IMG/VR virus record: IMGVR_UViG_3300020042_006108
Coordinates: 1-32,829 of that record
DNA: 32,829 nucleotides
Strand: one strand, 5' to 3'
Source: a virus
Taxonomy: Duplodnaviria > Caudoviricetes
Shown: positions 1 through 6,364 of the stretch, in pieces
Numbering within the stretch: position 1 is the first letter of the stretch
Layout: each line of letters begins with the position of its first letter
The notes under the pieces: model-generated
What the model saw: the letters and a program-made list of their open reading frames with translations, nothing else
The model's database searches: none
Told to the model about the DNA's origin: nothing
Translations under genes and position numbers: made by a program

Positions 1-590
1 TTTGTCGCTGATTTTTTCAAAATTATTTGCCTTTAATTTTAGAAAATCTGCATAAGGTTGCTTTTCGCCAAATAGCTCAAAATTTCGCCTTAATTCGTTT
101 TCGTGTACTCTTACCGCCCTACTATAATAATCCGCTTTTAAATCGTCTGTAATAGCGTGTAGGGAGTATTTTAAAAGCCAATCGTACAAGTACAAAGGTA
201 AAATTTTAAAATCGTAATCTTTTTTGCGCCATTCTTCGATTTCATTTAACCGTTCTTCGTCGCTCATCTGGTAAGCGATTTCTTTTAATTTCGGTGGTGG
301 CGTTGCAAGTATGCGCTCATTGTTAAAAATTCGGTAAGCGTCCATTATTTTGCAAAAGTAAGGTAGCGTAAATTGATCGTAGTGTTTGACATCCACGTCA
401 AGTTTTCCCGTAACTGCCAACTCAAACGCTTCGATTATTTCGTTTGTGGTTTTATGCCCATAATTTTTTTTAATAAAATTTGAGTTGAAAACATCTTCTT
501 CGGGTGTTGGATATTGTACTTTGCGCAACCCGATTAAAAGAAAAATCCTGTGAAATATTGGCAATAAATCAACGTTGGATAAGGTTGTAG
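1..590. repeat. Left copy of imperfect direct terminal repeat / circular overlap
   Basis: Aligns without gaps to 32240..32829 with 31 substitutions by manual count (~95% identity). Confidence 0.97.
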
Positions 591-669
591 TTTTCGTCGA
601 GTTCTGGGATTCCGTTAGGCCAGCGGTTTGCGTATTCGTTTTGTAGTTGTTGGTTAGTTGGTTTTGCAT
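1..669 (-). CDS. 5' part of a hypothetical protein directly downstream of the replication initiator (same gene as 32171..32829); runs off the window edge
   Basis: The frame is open from ATG 669 (MQNQLTNNYKTNTQTAGLTESQNSTKTTTLSNVDLLPIFHRIF...) after an A-rich leader. Differences between the two copies are almost all synonymous in this frame. Confidence 0.8.
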   Translation of the reverse strand, partial: MQNQLTNNYKTNTQTAGLTESQNSTKTTTLSNVDLLPIFHRIFLLIGLRKVQYPTPEEDVFNSNFIKKNYGHKTTNEIIEAFELAVTGKLDVDVKHYDQFTLPYFCKIMDAYRIFNNERILATPPPKLKEIAYQMSDEERLNEIEEWRKKDYDFKILPLYLYDWLLKYSLHAITDDLKADYYSRAVRVHENELRRNFELFGEKQPYADFLKLKANNFEKISDK

Positions 670-1342
670 TTTGATTTTGTTTTAGTTCAAATAATCCTTT
701 GTAGCCGTTTGCGATTGATTGATGTATAATTTCGCGCGCGGTATTCTGATTTTCGTTTGATAATTTGTAAAGTTGGTTAAACGCGATTTGTTCAGATTTA
801 GTTGTTTTGTATTCAAATTTAAAATTTGTTTTTTTAAAATCTAACCAATCATTCCAATCATTTAAAAATTCATCACTAAAATTATTAGTATTAATAATTT
901 TATTTTCTTTACTTTCCTTTCCTTTACTTTGTTGAGCAGGTTGTTCAACAGGCTGTTCAACACCCTGTTCAACAGTCTGTTGAATTTTAGTTGATTTTCT
1001 TTTGCTTGCGCTTAACTTTCCGCGTTCAGATGCGCTAATTTTTATTTGATTTACTTTTTCTAAATGCTCATTCAAACGAATGCTAAAAAATTGATCGTCT
1101 GTTATTTCAAACAGATTAAAAGAATAAACAACCGCGTTTACTTTTGCCTCAGTAGTGTGCATTTGCATGGCTAAAACAGGAATTAATTGTAAAGGCAAAG
1201 TGCCTCCAGATTCGGCAAGCGATTCGATTAAGTACCAATAAATACCGTAGCCTTCCATTCCTAATTGCATACGCAAAAACAAAACTTTAGTATCGTTTCT
1301 CGCGTTGTAATCGTGTGAAAAATAATAAGTATTTTTTTTCAT
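569..1342 (-). CDS. Phage replication initiator / replisome organiser (DUF4373, Lin1244/Lin1753-like N-terminus)
   Basis: N-terminus MKKNTYYFSHDYNARNDTK..LRMQLGMEGYGIYWYLIE, central VEQ repeat linker, C-terminal WNDWLDFKK..QSIANGYKGLF. Start moved to ATG 1342 because the upstream region is a structured non-coding leader. Confidence 0.8.
   Translation of the reverse strand: MKKNTYYFSHDYNARNDTKVLFLRMQLGMEGYGIYWYLIESLAESGGTLPLQLIPVLAMQMHTTEAKVNAVVYSFNLFEITDDQFFSIRLNEHLEKVNQIKISASERGKLSASKRKSTKIQQTVEQGVEQPVEQPAQQSKGKESKENKIINTNNFSDEFLNDWNDWLDFKKTNFKFEYKTTKSEQIAFNQLYKLSNENQNTAREIIHQSIANGYKGLFELKQNQNAKPTNQQLQNEYANRWPNGIPELDENYNLIQR
880..986. repeat. Probable replication origin: iterons with 12-bp period plus adjacent AT-rich, strand-asymmetric tract
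   Basis: TGTTCAACA at 942, 954 and 966, degenerate copies at 930 and 978, and a pyrimidine/AT-rich tract at 880-929. The layout resembles lambda ori inside gene O. Confidence 0.65.
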
Positions 1343-1436
1343 AAAAATAAAAAAGGGTTCGCGTTGGTAGAAGCAACACAAACCCTTTACAAAGTAAAAA
1401 AAAATCTCGTTTCGGCTTCTACTTCGTAACGAAATT
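1343..1436 (-). promoter_or_regulatory. Structured 5' leader of the initiator gene: two hairpins with complementary loops, each followed by a U-tract
   Basis: Hairpin 1 at 1403-1436 (loop AAGUAGAAGC) and hairpin 2 at 1352-1388 (15-bp stem, loop CUUCUAC). The stems close through G-U pairs only on the minus strand. Confidence 0.7.
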
Positions 1437-1441
1437 GTAAT

Positions 1442-1473
1442 TAAAGATACTACTTTTTTATAAGTATTGCATA
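1442..1473 (-). promoter_or_regulatory. Putative Bacteroidota-type promoter of the initiator gene
   Basis: TATG-N20-TATCTTTA, one mismatch in each box versus TTTG/TAnnTTTG. The predicted start falls at the base of hairpin 1. Confidence 0.45.
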
Positions 1474-1487
1474 TTTTTTTTCCATAA

Positions 1488-1853
1488 TTAAAATTTAAAA
1501 TAACGTAATGAATTAAAAACAAATAAATGAGCATTTTTTAAAATAGTTCGCATTGTTTCATCTGTCATAACCCAGTCGCGCAAAGCGTCCCGGCTATGTA
1601 TAACCGTAGTATGATCGCGCCCGCCCAGCATTTGCCCGATTTCTTTTAAACTATACTTAAACGATTGTTGATTTAACAAGCAATCAACTATTATAAATCT
1701 GGTCATTACCATTTTATACTCGCGTGATTTACTCAAAACCTTTGATTCGTTTACGTTCATGTAATTGCAAACCTTACGTATTATTTCAAAGTGGTTTAAA
1801 TCAAGCACAGGCGATTCTAAAGGGTGTTCAACACAGGGGTTGCATAATATCAT
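1488..1853 (-). CDS. Stand-alone DnaA C-terminal (domain IV) HTH-like protein
   Basis: SLKEIGQMLGGRDHTTVIHS matches the DnaA domain IV signature, preceded by SKSR..(R) as in DnaA. Confidence 0.85.
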   Translation of the reverse strand: MILCNPCVEHPLESPVLDLNHFEIIRKVCNYMNVNESKVLSKSREYKMVMTRFIIVDCLLNQQSFKYSLKEIGQMLGGRDHTTVIHSRDALRDWVMTDETMRTILKNAHLFVFNSLRYFKF

Positions 1854-2149
1854 AATAAATCAAAATTAAAGCCGTCCCAAATGCTTGGACGTAGTTTAAA
1901 AAAATTGTTGTACTTTTTATGTTTTGCCATCAGCATTCTAGCGTAAAAAGGTTTTATTGAATTTCTAATTTTAAACGAATCGTCCTTTGCTTCAATCATT
2001 GTTTGCCATCGCATACGGTTAATAATCATTTCAGCGGAAAAATATTTGTAACCAAGCCCATGAGCATTAGATGAAAATTGTTTAAACGCCTTGTATAAAT
2101 GCGGATTTTTTTCGTGATAATTTATTATCATTTGTTGTTGTTTAGTCAT
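1850..2149 (-). CDS. Hypothetical phage protein
   Basis: 99-aa ORF coupled to the next gene, with an A-rich leader. Confidence 0.75.
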   Translation of the reverse strand: MTKQQQMIINYHEKNPHLYKAFKQFSSNAHGLGYKYFSAEMIINRMRWQTMIEAKDDSFKIRNSIKPFYARMLMAKHKKYNNFFKLRPSIWDGFNFDLL

Positions 2150-2159
2150 TTTTTTGTTT

Positions 2160-2384
2160 TTAAAATTTCCAAATTTGTTTTTTTACATCAACCCAAAATA
2201 AAATTCTTTTCATCGAATAAGTCGAATCATTATTTTCATTTAATTCATCCATAATTTCATTTACTACATTTTCTGCACATTCCTTAACCATAGCATCTAA
2301 ATTTTCTATATCATAAGGCAATACACAATAAAATGATTGTAATAATTCTTCAACTGTTTTTTCTACTTTTTCTTTATGTGTCAT
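2160..2384 (-). CDS. Hypothetical phage protein
   Basis: 74-aa ORF with ATGA overlap to the upstream ORF. Confidence 0.7.
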   Translation of the reverse strand: MTHKEKVEKTVEELLQSFYCVLPYDIENLDAMVKECAENVVNEIMDELNENNDSTYSMKRILFWVDVKKQIWKF

Positions 2385-2548
2385 TTTTTTGTTTTTGAAA
2401 GGTTTGTAAATAGAGTGGGGAATCGTACACTCTTTGAGTTTTCAACTATTGCAACGTTTACAAAATTTGCAATAATCTTTACTTTTTCCCCACTCTTTGC
2501 GTAGATGGTTTTTCGGTTGTAGCTAACGACGTCTTTAATAATAAACAT
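2381..2548 (-). CDS. Small hypothetical protein (55 aa, not in ORF track)
   Basis: MFIIKDVVSYNRKTIYAKSGEKVKIIANFVNVAIVENSKSVRFPTLFTNLSKTKK; fills the gap and its TGA overlaps the next ATG. Confidence 0.7.
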   Translation of the reverse strand: MFIIKDVVSYNRKTIYAKSGEKVKIIANFVNVAIVENSKSVRFPTLFTNLSKTKK

Positions 2549-2564
2549 TATTTGCTTATATTTT

Positions 2565-2810
2565 TTATAATATTACGTTAGTCAATATTGGTTCTGTTGA
2601 TTTCTGAAGTTCATAATTAACAATATCAATTGTTTTCATTCCAGTTATTAATGTTTTATTTGTTATAAATACTTTTAAATCTTCTGAATAAGCAGCATTT
2701 TTTAGATATTTTAAATGCAATACTTGTTGTTCGTTCCATAATTCTGGTTTTCCATTTAGTGAAGAATACTTTTTTCTTCCATCTGATAATTTCCAAATTA
2801 CTCTATACAT
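2565..2810 (-). CDS. Hypothetical phage protein
   Basis: 81-aa ORF in an operon with an A-rich leader. Confidence 0.65.
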   Translation of the reverse strand: MYRVIWKLSDGRKKYSSLNGKPELWNEQQVLHLKYLKNAAYSEDLKVFITNKTLITGMKTIDIVNYELQKSTEPILTNVIL

Positions 2811-2826
2811 GTTTTTAAGTTTTAGT

Positions 2827-3285
2827 TTATTTTGAAATTGTGGTTTTAATGCTTGTTGTTGATGTTTTAGCGGGTGGGTATAAAGTAACTAGTTCATCCG
2901 AAAATAACACTTCCATAGGGTGTTTTAAAGCCTTTAAAAACGTTTGGCGCTCTTTAATCTTAAAATCAATAATCGTCTTTTGTTCTTCGAGTTCTTTTAA
3001 CTCTGGATCATTGGATAATGTGTAATCGTATTTAGTGCCAACTTCAGCAACTTCGAGTTTAGTACCAGATGCAGTTACGTGCGATTTCCCGTACTTTGAA
3101 ACCTCGTTTAAAATGTAATCTTTGTAATTGCTATTATCTTTTATTTCTTTTATTAGCAAATCCATTTTTGCAAGGTTTTCCGCGAGTTTAATAATATCGC
3201 CTGTTAAACATACATTATCAACTACTTTGGTTGCTAAATATTGAATATTTGCTTTGCTGATTTGTTCGTTAATTTCTGGTAACAT
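2827..3285 (-). CDS. Hypothetical protein adjacent to the ERF recombinase
   Basis: 152-aa ORF with a coiled-coil segment, overlapping the end of the ERF gene. Confidence 0.75.
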   Translation of the reverse strand: MLPEINEQISKANIQYLATKVVDNVCLTGDIIKLAENLAKMDLLIKEIKDNSNYKDYILNEVSKYGKSHVTASGTKLEVAEVGTKYDYTLSNDPELKELEEQKTIIDFKIKERQTFLKALKHPMEVLFSDELVTLYPPAKTSTTSIKTTISK

Positions 3286-3847
3286 TGGCTTCTTTATTAA
3301 TTGTTAAAAAATAGGTTTTCATTTCTTTACTTAATTTATACTTTTCTTCAATCTTCATAACTAAACCGCCACCTTTTAAATAATTAACCGCTTGTTGATA
3401 TTCTGGCATTGATTTATTTAACCAAGGTTTGCCGTCGTCTTTTACAGGCGCTTCTACTTTGCCACTTGCTTTGTTGCCGTCGTCGTCTGCTAAAATATCG
3501 TCGATTTGTAGGTTTAAAATACTACTAATGCAATAACGTCGAGCATAAGTAATACAACTGCCCTTATCCTGTGGCGTGTCCTTTACGGGCTTCATTGTGT
3601 AGGTTGCTTCAATCCATTGGCCAGATGTATGCATTAATAAGCAATAAAGCGAATTTTCGTCTATTGGAAACATTGTAAGCGCAAGGCCAGATTCAGCCAA
3701 TGGCTCGGTAATAGCTTCGATAATTTTAGGTAATGAAGCGTAGGTTGATTTAAAGAAAGGGTTTTTTGCATCCTTTTTAATCCCTTCGCATTTCACGTGG
3801 AACAAAATTAGGCCTTTGGCTAGTTCGTTGATTTCGTTTGATTTCAT
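3269..3847 (-). CDS. erf: ERF-family single-strand annealing protein
   Basis: KNPFFKSTYASL, PQDKGSCITYARRY and DDDGN motifs typical of the ERF family. Confidence 0.9.
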   Translation of the reverse strand: MKSNEINELAKGLILFHVKCEGIKKDAKNPFFKSTYASLPKIIEAITEPLAESGLALTMFPIDENSLYCLLMHTSGQWIEATYTMKPVKDTPQDKGSCITYARRYCISSILNLQIDDILADDDGNKASGKVEAPVKDDGKPWLNKSMPEYQQAVNYLKGGGLVMKIEEKYKLSKEMKTYFLTINKEANVTRN

Positions 3848-3875
3848 TTTTGTTTAGTTTTAATATTTGATGTAA

Positions 3876-4055
3876 TTAATTTGCGGATGTTGTTTTAAAA
3901 TCTTCGATAGCTGGCGTTCCTTTAATATTAACTCTATTATAGTACTCCATTTTTCTTTTGATTTCTTTACTTTCTTTTCGCGTTTGTTGGGTAAAAAAGA
4001 TTTTTCCATAAAATGTAATTGTTAAAAGTGCGGTTGATACAAATAAAACTACCAT
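3876..4055 (-). CDS. Small hypothetical protein with N-terminal hydrophobic segment (59 aa); an alternative frame is also open at 3860..4009
   Basis: MVVLFVSTALLTITFYGKIFF...; its start overlaps the stop of 4049..4396. Confidence 0.45.
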   Translation of the reverse strand: MVVLFVSTALLTITFYGKIFFTQQTRKESKEIKRKMEYYNRVNIKGTPAIEDFKTTSAN

Positions 4056-4396
4056 AAGTATTGAGTTAATTTTTGTCTTAAAATAATGTTATCAATAGCT
4101 TTTGTGAAGTCAAAGAAAGTAACAATTATAAAATCATACAAATCTTCTTCCCTATACTCGCGCTCCATTTCATCCCAATAGTTTTGGAAAGTTAAAGTAT
4201 AGGCGCGTGTTAATAATTGCCCTGTACTCATATCATTCGCCTCAAAATATAACTTATCGTGTCGCTTTAAATACTGATTAAATTGATCTACAGGAACTAC
4301 AATTGAATTATCGATGTAATTATTATCTACAATTTGCACGATAATATTGTTATCTTTTAAAACGAAATCAATGATTTCAAATAATCTTTTTTTCAT
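4049..4396 (-). CDS. Hypothetical phage protein
   Basis: 115-aa ORF preceded by a CTAAAACAAAATG leader. Confidence 0.75.
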   Translation of the reverse strand: MKKRLFEIIDFVLKDNNIIVQIVDNNYIDNSIVVPVDQFNQYLKRHDKLYFEANDMSTGQLLTRAYTLTFQNYWDEMEREYREEDLYDFIIVTFFDFTKAIDNIILRQKLTQYLW

Positions 4397-4550
4397 TTTG
4401 TTTTAGTTTGTTTAATGAATAATTTTGTAACATTTTTGAAGCGGTTAATTTGCCACCGAGCGCGTTAATTTGATTCTCGGATAGGTAAATAATTAATGCT
4501 TTCTTTTTTTCTAGTTCTGGGATTGGCTTGCGCCCTCGTTTTTGTGTCAT
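4377..4550 (-). CDS. Small putative DNA-binding protein with AT-hook-like motif (57 aa, not in ORF track)
   Basis: MTQKRGRKPIPELEKKKALIIYLSENQINALGGKLTASKMLQ...; RGRKP followed by a strand-helix-helix-like pattern. Confidence 0.65.
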   Translation of the reverse strand: MTQKRGRKPIPELEKKKALIIYLSENQINALGGKLTASKMLQNYSLNKLKQNEKKII

Positions 4551-4554
4551 GGTT

Positions 4555-4641
4555 TTATATTTGGTTAAAAATTGAATCGCCGAGTAAAGCGAGAATAATA
4601 ATAATTGTAACTGTGATTGCGTCTTTTGTAGATTGTTTCAT
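4555..4641 (-). CDS. 28-aa membrane peptide
   Basis: MKQSTKDAITVTIIIILALLGDSIFNQI after a TAAAAC leader; fits the gap exactly. Confidence 0.55.
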   Translation of the reverse strand: MKQSTKDAITVTIIIILALLGDSIFNQI

Positions 4642-4677
4642 GTTTTAAAAGTTTGTTGATTTATTTGTTTTAAAATT

Positions 4678-4698
4678 GTGCGTTGCAGTCGCACCCCT
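4678..4698 (-). repeat. 21-bp GC-rich hairpin repeat, copy 2
   Basis: AGGGGTGCGACTGCAACGCAC on minus; 20/21 identical to 4959..4979; GTGCG/CGCAC stem. Confidence 0.85.
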
Positions 4699-4705
4699 AA
4701 AAGTT

Positions 4706-4855
4706 TTATAATAATCCTTTTTCTTTTAAAAATTCTTTTACTACTATTTTAGATTCGTTAAAAGTTTTACCGCTTAAAAGCATTTCTATTTTTACCATAT
4801 TGATAAACATAGTTTCGATTTGTGTAGTTGCGTAGTTGTTAAATTCTTGAGTCAT
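4706..4855 (-). CDS. Early small protein (49 aa), cassette 2
   Basis: MTQEFNNYATTQIETMFINMVKIEMLLSGKTFNESKIVVKEFLKEKGLL; has its own promoter and leader. Confidence 0.7.
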   Translation of the reverse strand: MTQEFNNYATTQIETMFINMVKIEMLLSGKTFNESKIVVKEFLKEKGLL

Positions 4856-4955
4856 TTTGTTTAGTTTTTAGTTGTTTTTGTTTGTTTGATAAATCAAAGA
4901 TAATATCTTTATTTTAATTAACCAAATAAAAATAAAATATTTTTATTTATTTTTT
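4851..4955 (-). promoter_or_regulatory. Early promoter/leader repeat, copy 2
   Basis: TTTG (4926-4923), N20, TATCTTTG (4902-4895) is the Bacteroidota sigma70 consensus. Near-identical to 5162..5265. Confidence 0.85.
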
Positions 4956-4958
4956 AAA

Positions 4959-4979
4959 GTGCGTTACAGTCGCACCCCT
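4959..4979 (-). repeat. 21-bp GC-rich hairpin repeat, copy 1
   Basis: AGGGGTGCGACTGTAACGCAC on minus, 7 nt after the ORF stop. Confidence 0.85.
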
Positions 4980-4986
4980 GTATTTT

Positions 4987-5166
4987 TTACCAATTAGCTT
5001 TACACCATTTGGTTACTTGCATTTTTAAACTTTTTTCACTATGCGCATAAATGCTCCAAATATTAACTCCATTTTCTTTAATGGTTGCTAAGTTCATATC
5101 TCCAGCAAATGCAAATTCAACTTCAAATTTTCTAAGGTTTTCGTAAATCGCAAATTTTGTTGTCAT
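4987..5166 (-). CDS. Early small protein (59 aa), cassette 1
   Basis: MTTKFAIYENLRKFEVEFAFAGDMNLATIKENGVNIWSIYAHSEKSLKMQVTKWCKANW; has its own promoter and leader. Confidence 0.7.
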   Translation of the reverse strand: MTTKFAIYENLRKFEVEFAFAGDMNLATIKENGVNIWSIYAHSEKSLKMQVTKWCKANW

Positions 5167-5265
5167 TTTGTTTAGTTTTTAATTGTTTTTGTTTGTTTGA
5201 TAAATCAAAGATACAACTTTATTTTATTCTACCAAATAAAAATAAAATATTTTTTTATTTTTTTT
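5162..5265 (-). promoter_or_regulatory. Early promoter/leader repeat, copy 1
   Basis: TTTG (5236-5233), N19, TATCTTTG (5213-5206), then an A-rich leader AAAAACTAAACAAAATG. Confidence 0.85.
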
Positions 5266-5322
5266 ATGTTGTTTTGATAAAACTCAATGCAGTATTGAAT
5301 TACAGGCGAAAAAAAATTTTAT

Positions 5323-5354
5323 AAAAAAAACCCCGATATAGAAATATCAGGGTT
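5323..5354 (-). terminator. Intrinsic terminator ending the late/lysis transcript
   Basis: AACCCTGATAT-TTCT-ATATCGGGGTT followed by a T-run on minus. Confidence 0.8.
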
Positions 5355-5417
5355 AAAACCTTTGAACAAAGCCGTAACGTAGAAACGCTTAGCCGTTTAT
5401 TCACAAAACAAACAAAA

Positions 5418-5867
5418 CTATTTTTTAAAATATAATTCCGCTTCAGCGATTCGCCTTCGCGTTAATCCTTTTAACTCAATTAACTGCCCATTAACTCGCG
5501 CTTTATTCCATTTCATAAACTCCGCTTTTATCGTAGCGTCATTTGGGTTTGCAACAATCTTTTTTTTGAGCGTAGATTTATTAAACGCTCCGATGCCTAA
5601 ATTATAAATAAATGACAAACAGGAATCAAATTGATTTTGGTTTAAATTTAAACCGTGCAAAGCAATTGATTTATTTTTTAATTCCCACATTAATAACTCA
5701 TTACCCTGTTGCTCGTTGATCGTATCGCTTATTTTAATTTTTTTACCATCGGTGTACATGGTTGAGCCGAAGCCGATTGTAACTATTCCGGCCGGACATA
5801 AATACGCCTTCGCTTTATAGCCTTCAAATAACTTTATTAAATTAATGCAATTTTGGGATGCTGTCAT
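5418..5867 (-). CDS. Endolysin, GH24 lysozyme
   Basis: FEG..KAYLCPAGIVTIGFGST, QNQFD..SFIYNLG and GLTRRRIAEAELY. Confidence 0.95.
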   Translation of the reverse strand: MTASQNCINLIKLFEGYKAKAYLCPAGIVTIGFGSTMYTDGKKIKISDTINEQQGNELLMWELKNKSIALHGLNLNQNQFDSCLSFIYNLGIGAFNKSTLKKKIVANPNDATIKAEFMKWNKARVNGQLIELKGLTRRRIAEAELYFKK

Positions 5868-6364
5868 TTTTTAATGAGTATTACGTTACACAATATCGAG
5901 CATAAAAGTGCTATTATAAGCCACGTTATCCAACGATTTTTTGTAGTTACTTTATTCGATAAGATTCTATTATCTTCAATATACTGAGCACATTTTTTAT
6001 TTAAAGCAATTAATTCCAAATTACAATAAACTATTTCAGCACTATCGCGGACGGTTTTAATAATCGTGTTTGTTTTTCCAACGGTAGCAATATAAACAGG
6101 TTTATCGATTAATTGCGTTTTGCTATGTGTTAGCCAAATAGTATCTATAAAAGCGGAATCATAATTATATTCAGCGCAATTTATTTTTATAAAATTAGTA
6201 TCAAAACTTGTAAAAGTTTCAACTTTTGATGTAACGCAAGGGAATGTATCTTTGCAAAATTTGGCAAGGAGTTGGGGATGTTTTGCGTTTAATTTGTCAA
6301 GTTTTCGGCTCGGATTACACGACCAAATCATTATCGTCGCTAGGGCTAATATCAAAAATTTCAT
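5864..6364 (-). CDS. Probable unimolecular spanin
   Basis: Lipoprotein-like signal ending IWS-C16, C-terminal TM helix (WITWLIIALLCSILCNVILI), adjacent to the endolysin. Confidence 0.65.
   Translation of the reverse strand: MKFLILALATIMIWSCNPSRKLDKLNAKHPQLLAKFCKDTFPCVTSKVETFTSFDTNFIKINCAEYNYDSAFIDTIWLTHSKTQLIDKPVYIATVGKTNTIIKTVRDSAEIVYCNLELIALNKKCAQYIEDNRILSNKVTTKNRWITWLIIALLCSILCNVILIKK

Noticed and set aside
1-590. Diversity-generating retroelement TR/VR pair
   Set aside because: Mismatches are not adenine-specific, are almost all synonymous third positions, and no reverse transcriptase is encoded.
1343-1534. 64-aa N-terminal extension of the initiator given in the ORF track
   Set aside because: It overlaps the upstream gene, a promoter-like sequence and the hairpin leader; the recognisable family N-terminus begins at ATG 1342.
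1825-1833. Extra TGTTCAACA iteron-like copy in the DnaA-like gene
   Set aside because: A single 9-mer inside coding sequence in an AT-rich genome is compatible with chance.
4678-4979. Mini-CRISPR array or integron attC sites formed by the 21-bp repeats
   Set aside because: Only two copies ~280 bp apart with a promoter and ORF between them; no cas or tyrosine integrase gene and no attC core-site structure.
5266-5320. Short palindromes GTTTTGATAAAAC and TCAATGCAGTATTGA as an attP or dif-like site
   Set aside because: Short and AT-rich, no recombinase gene, and no convincing match to a known core.
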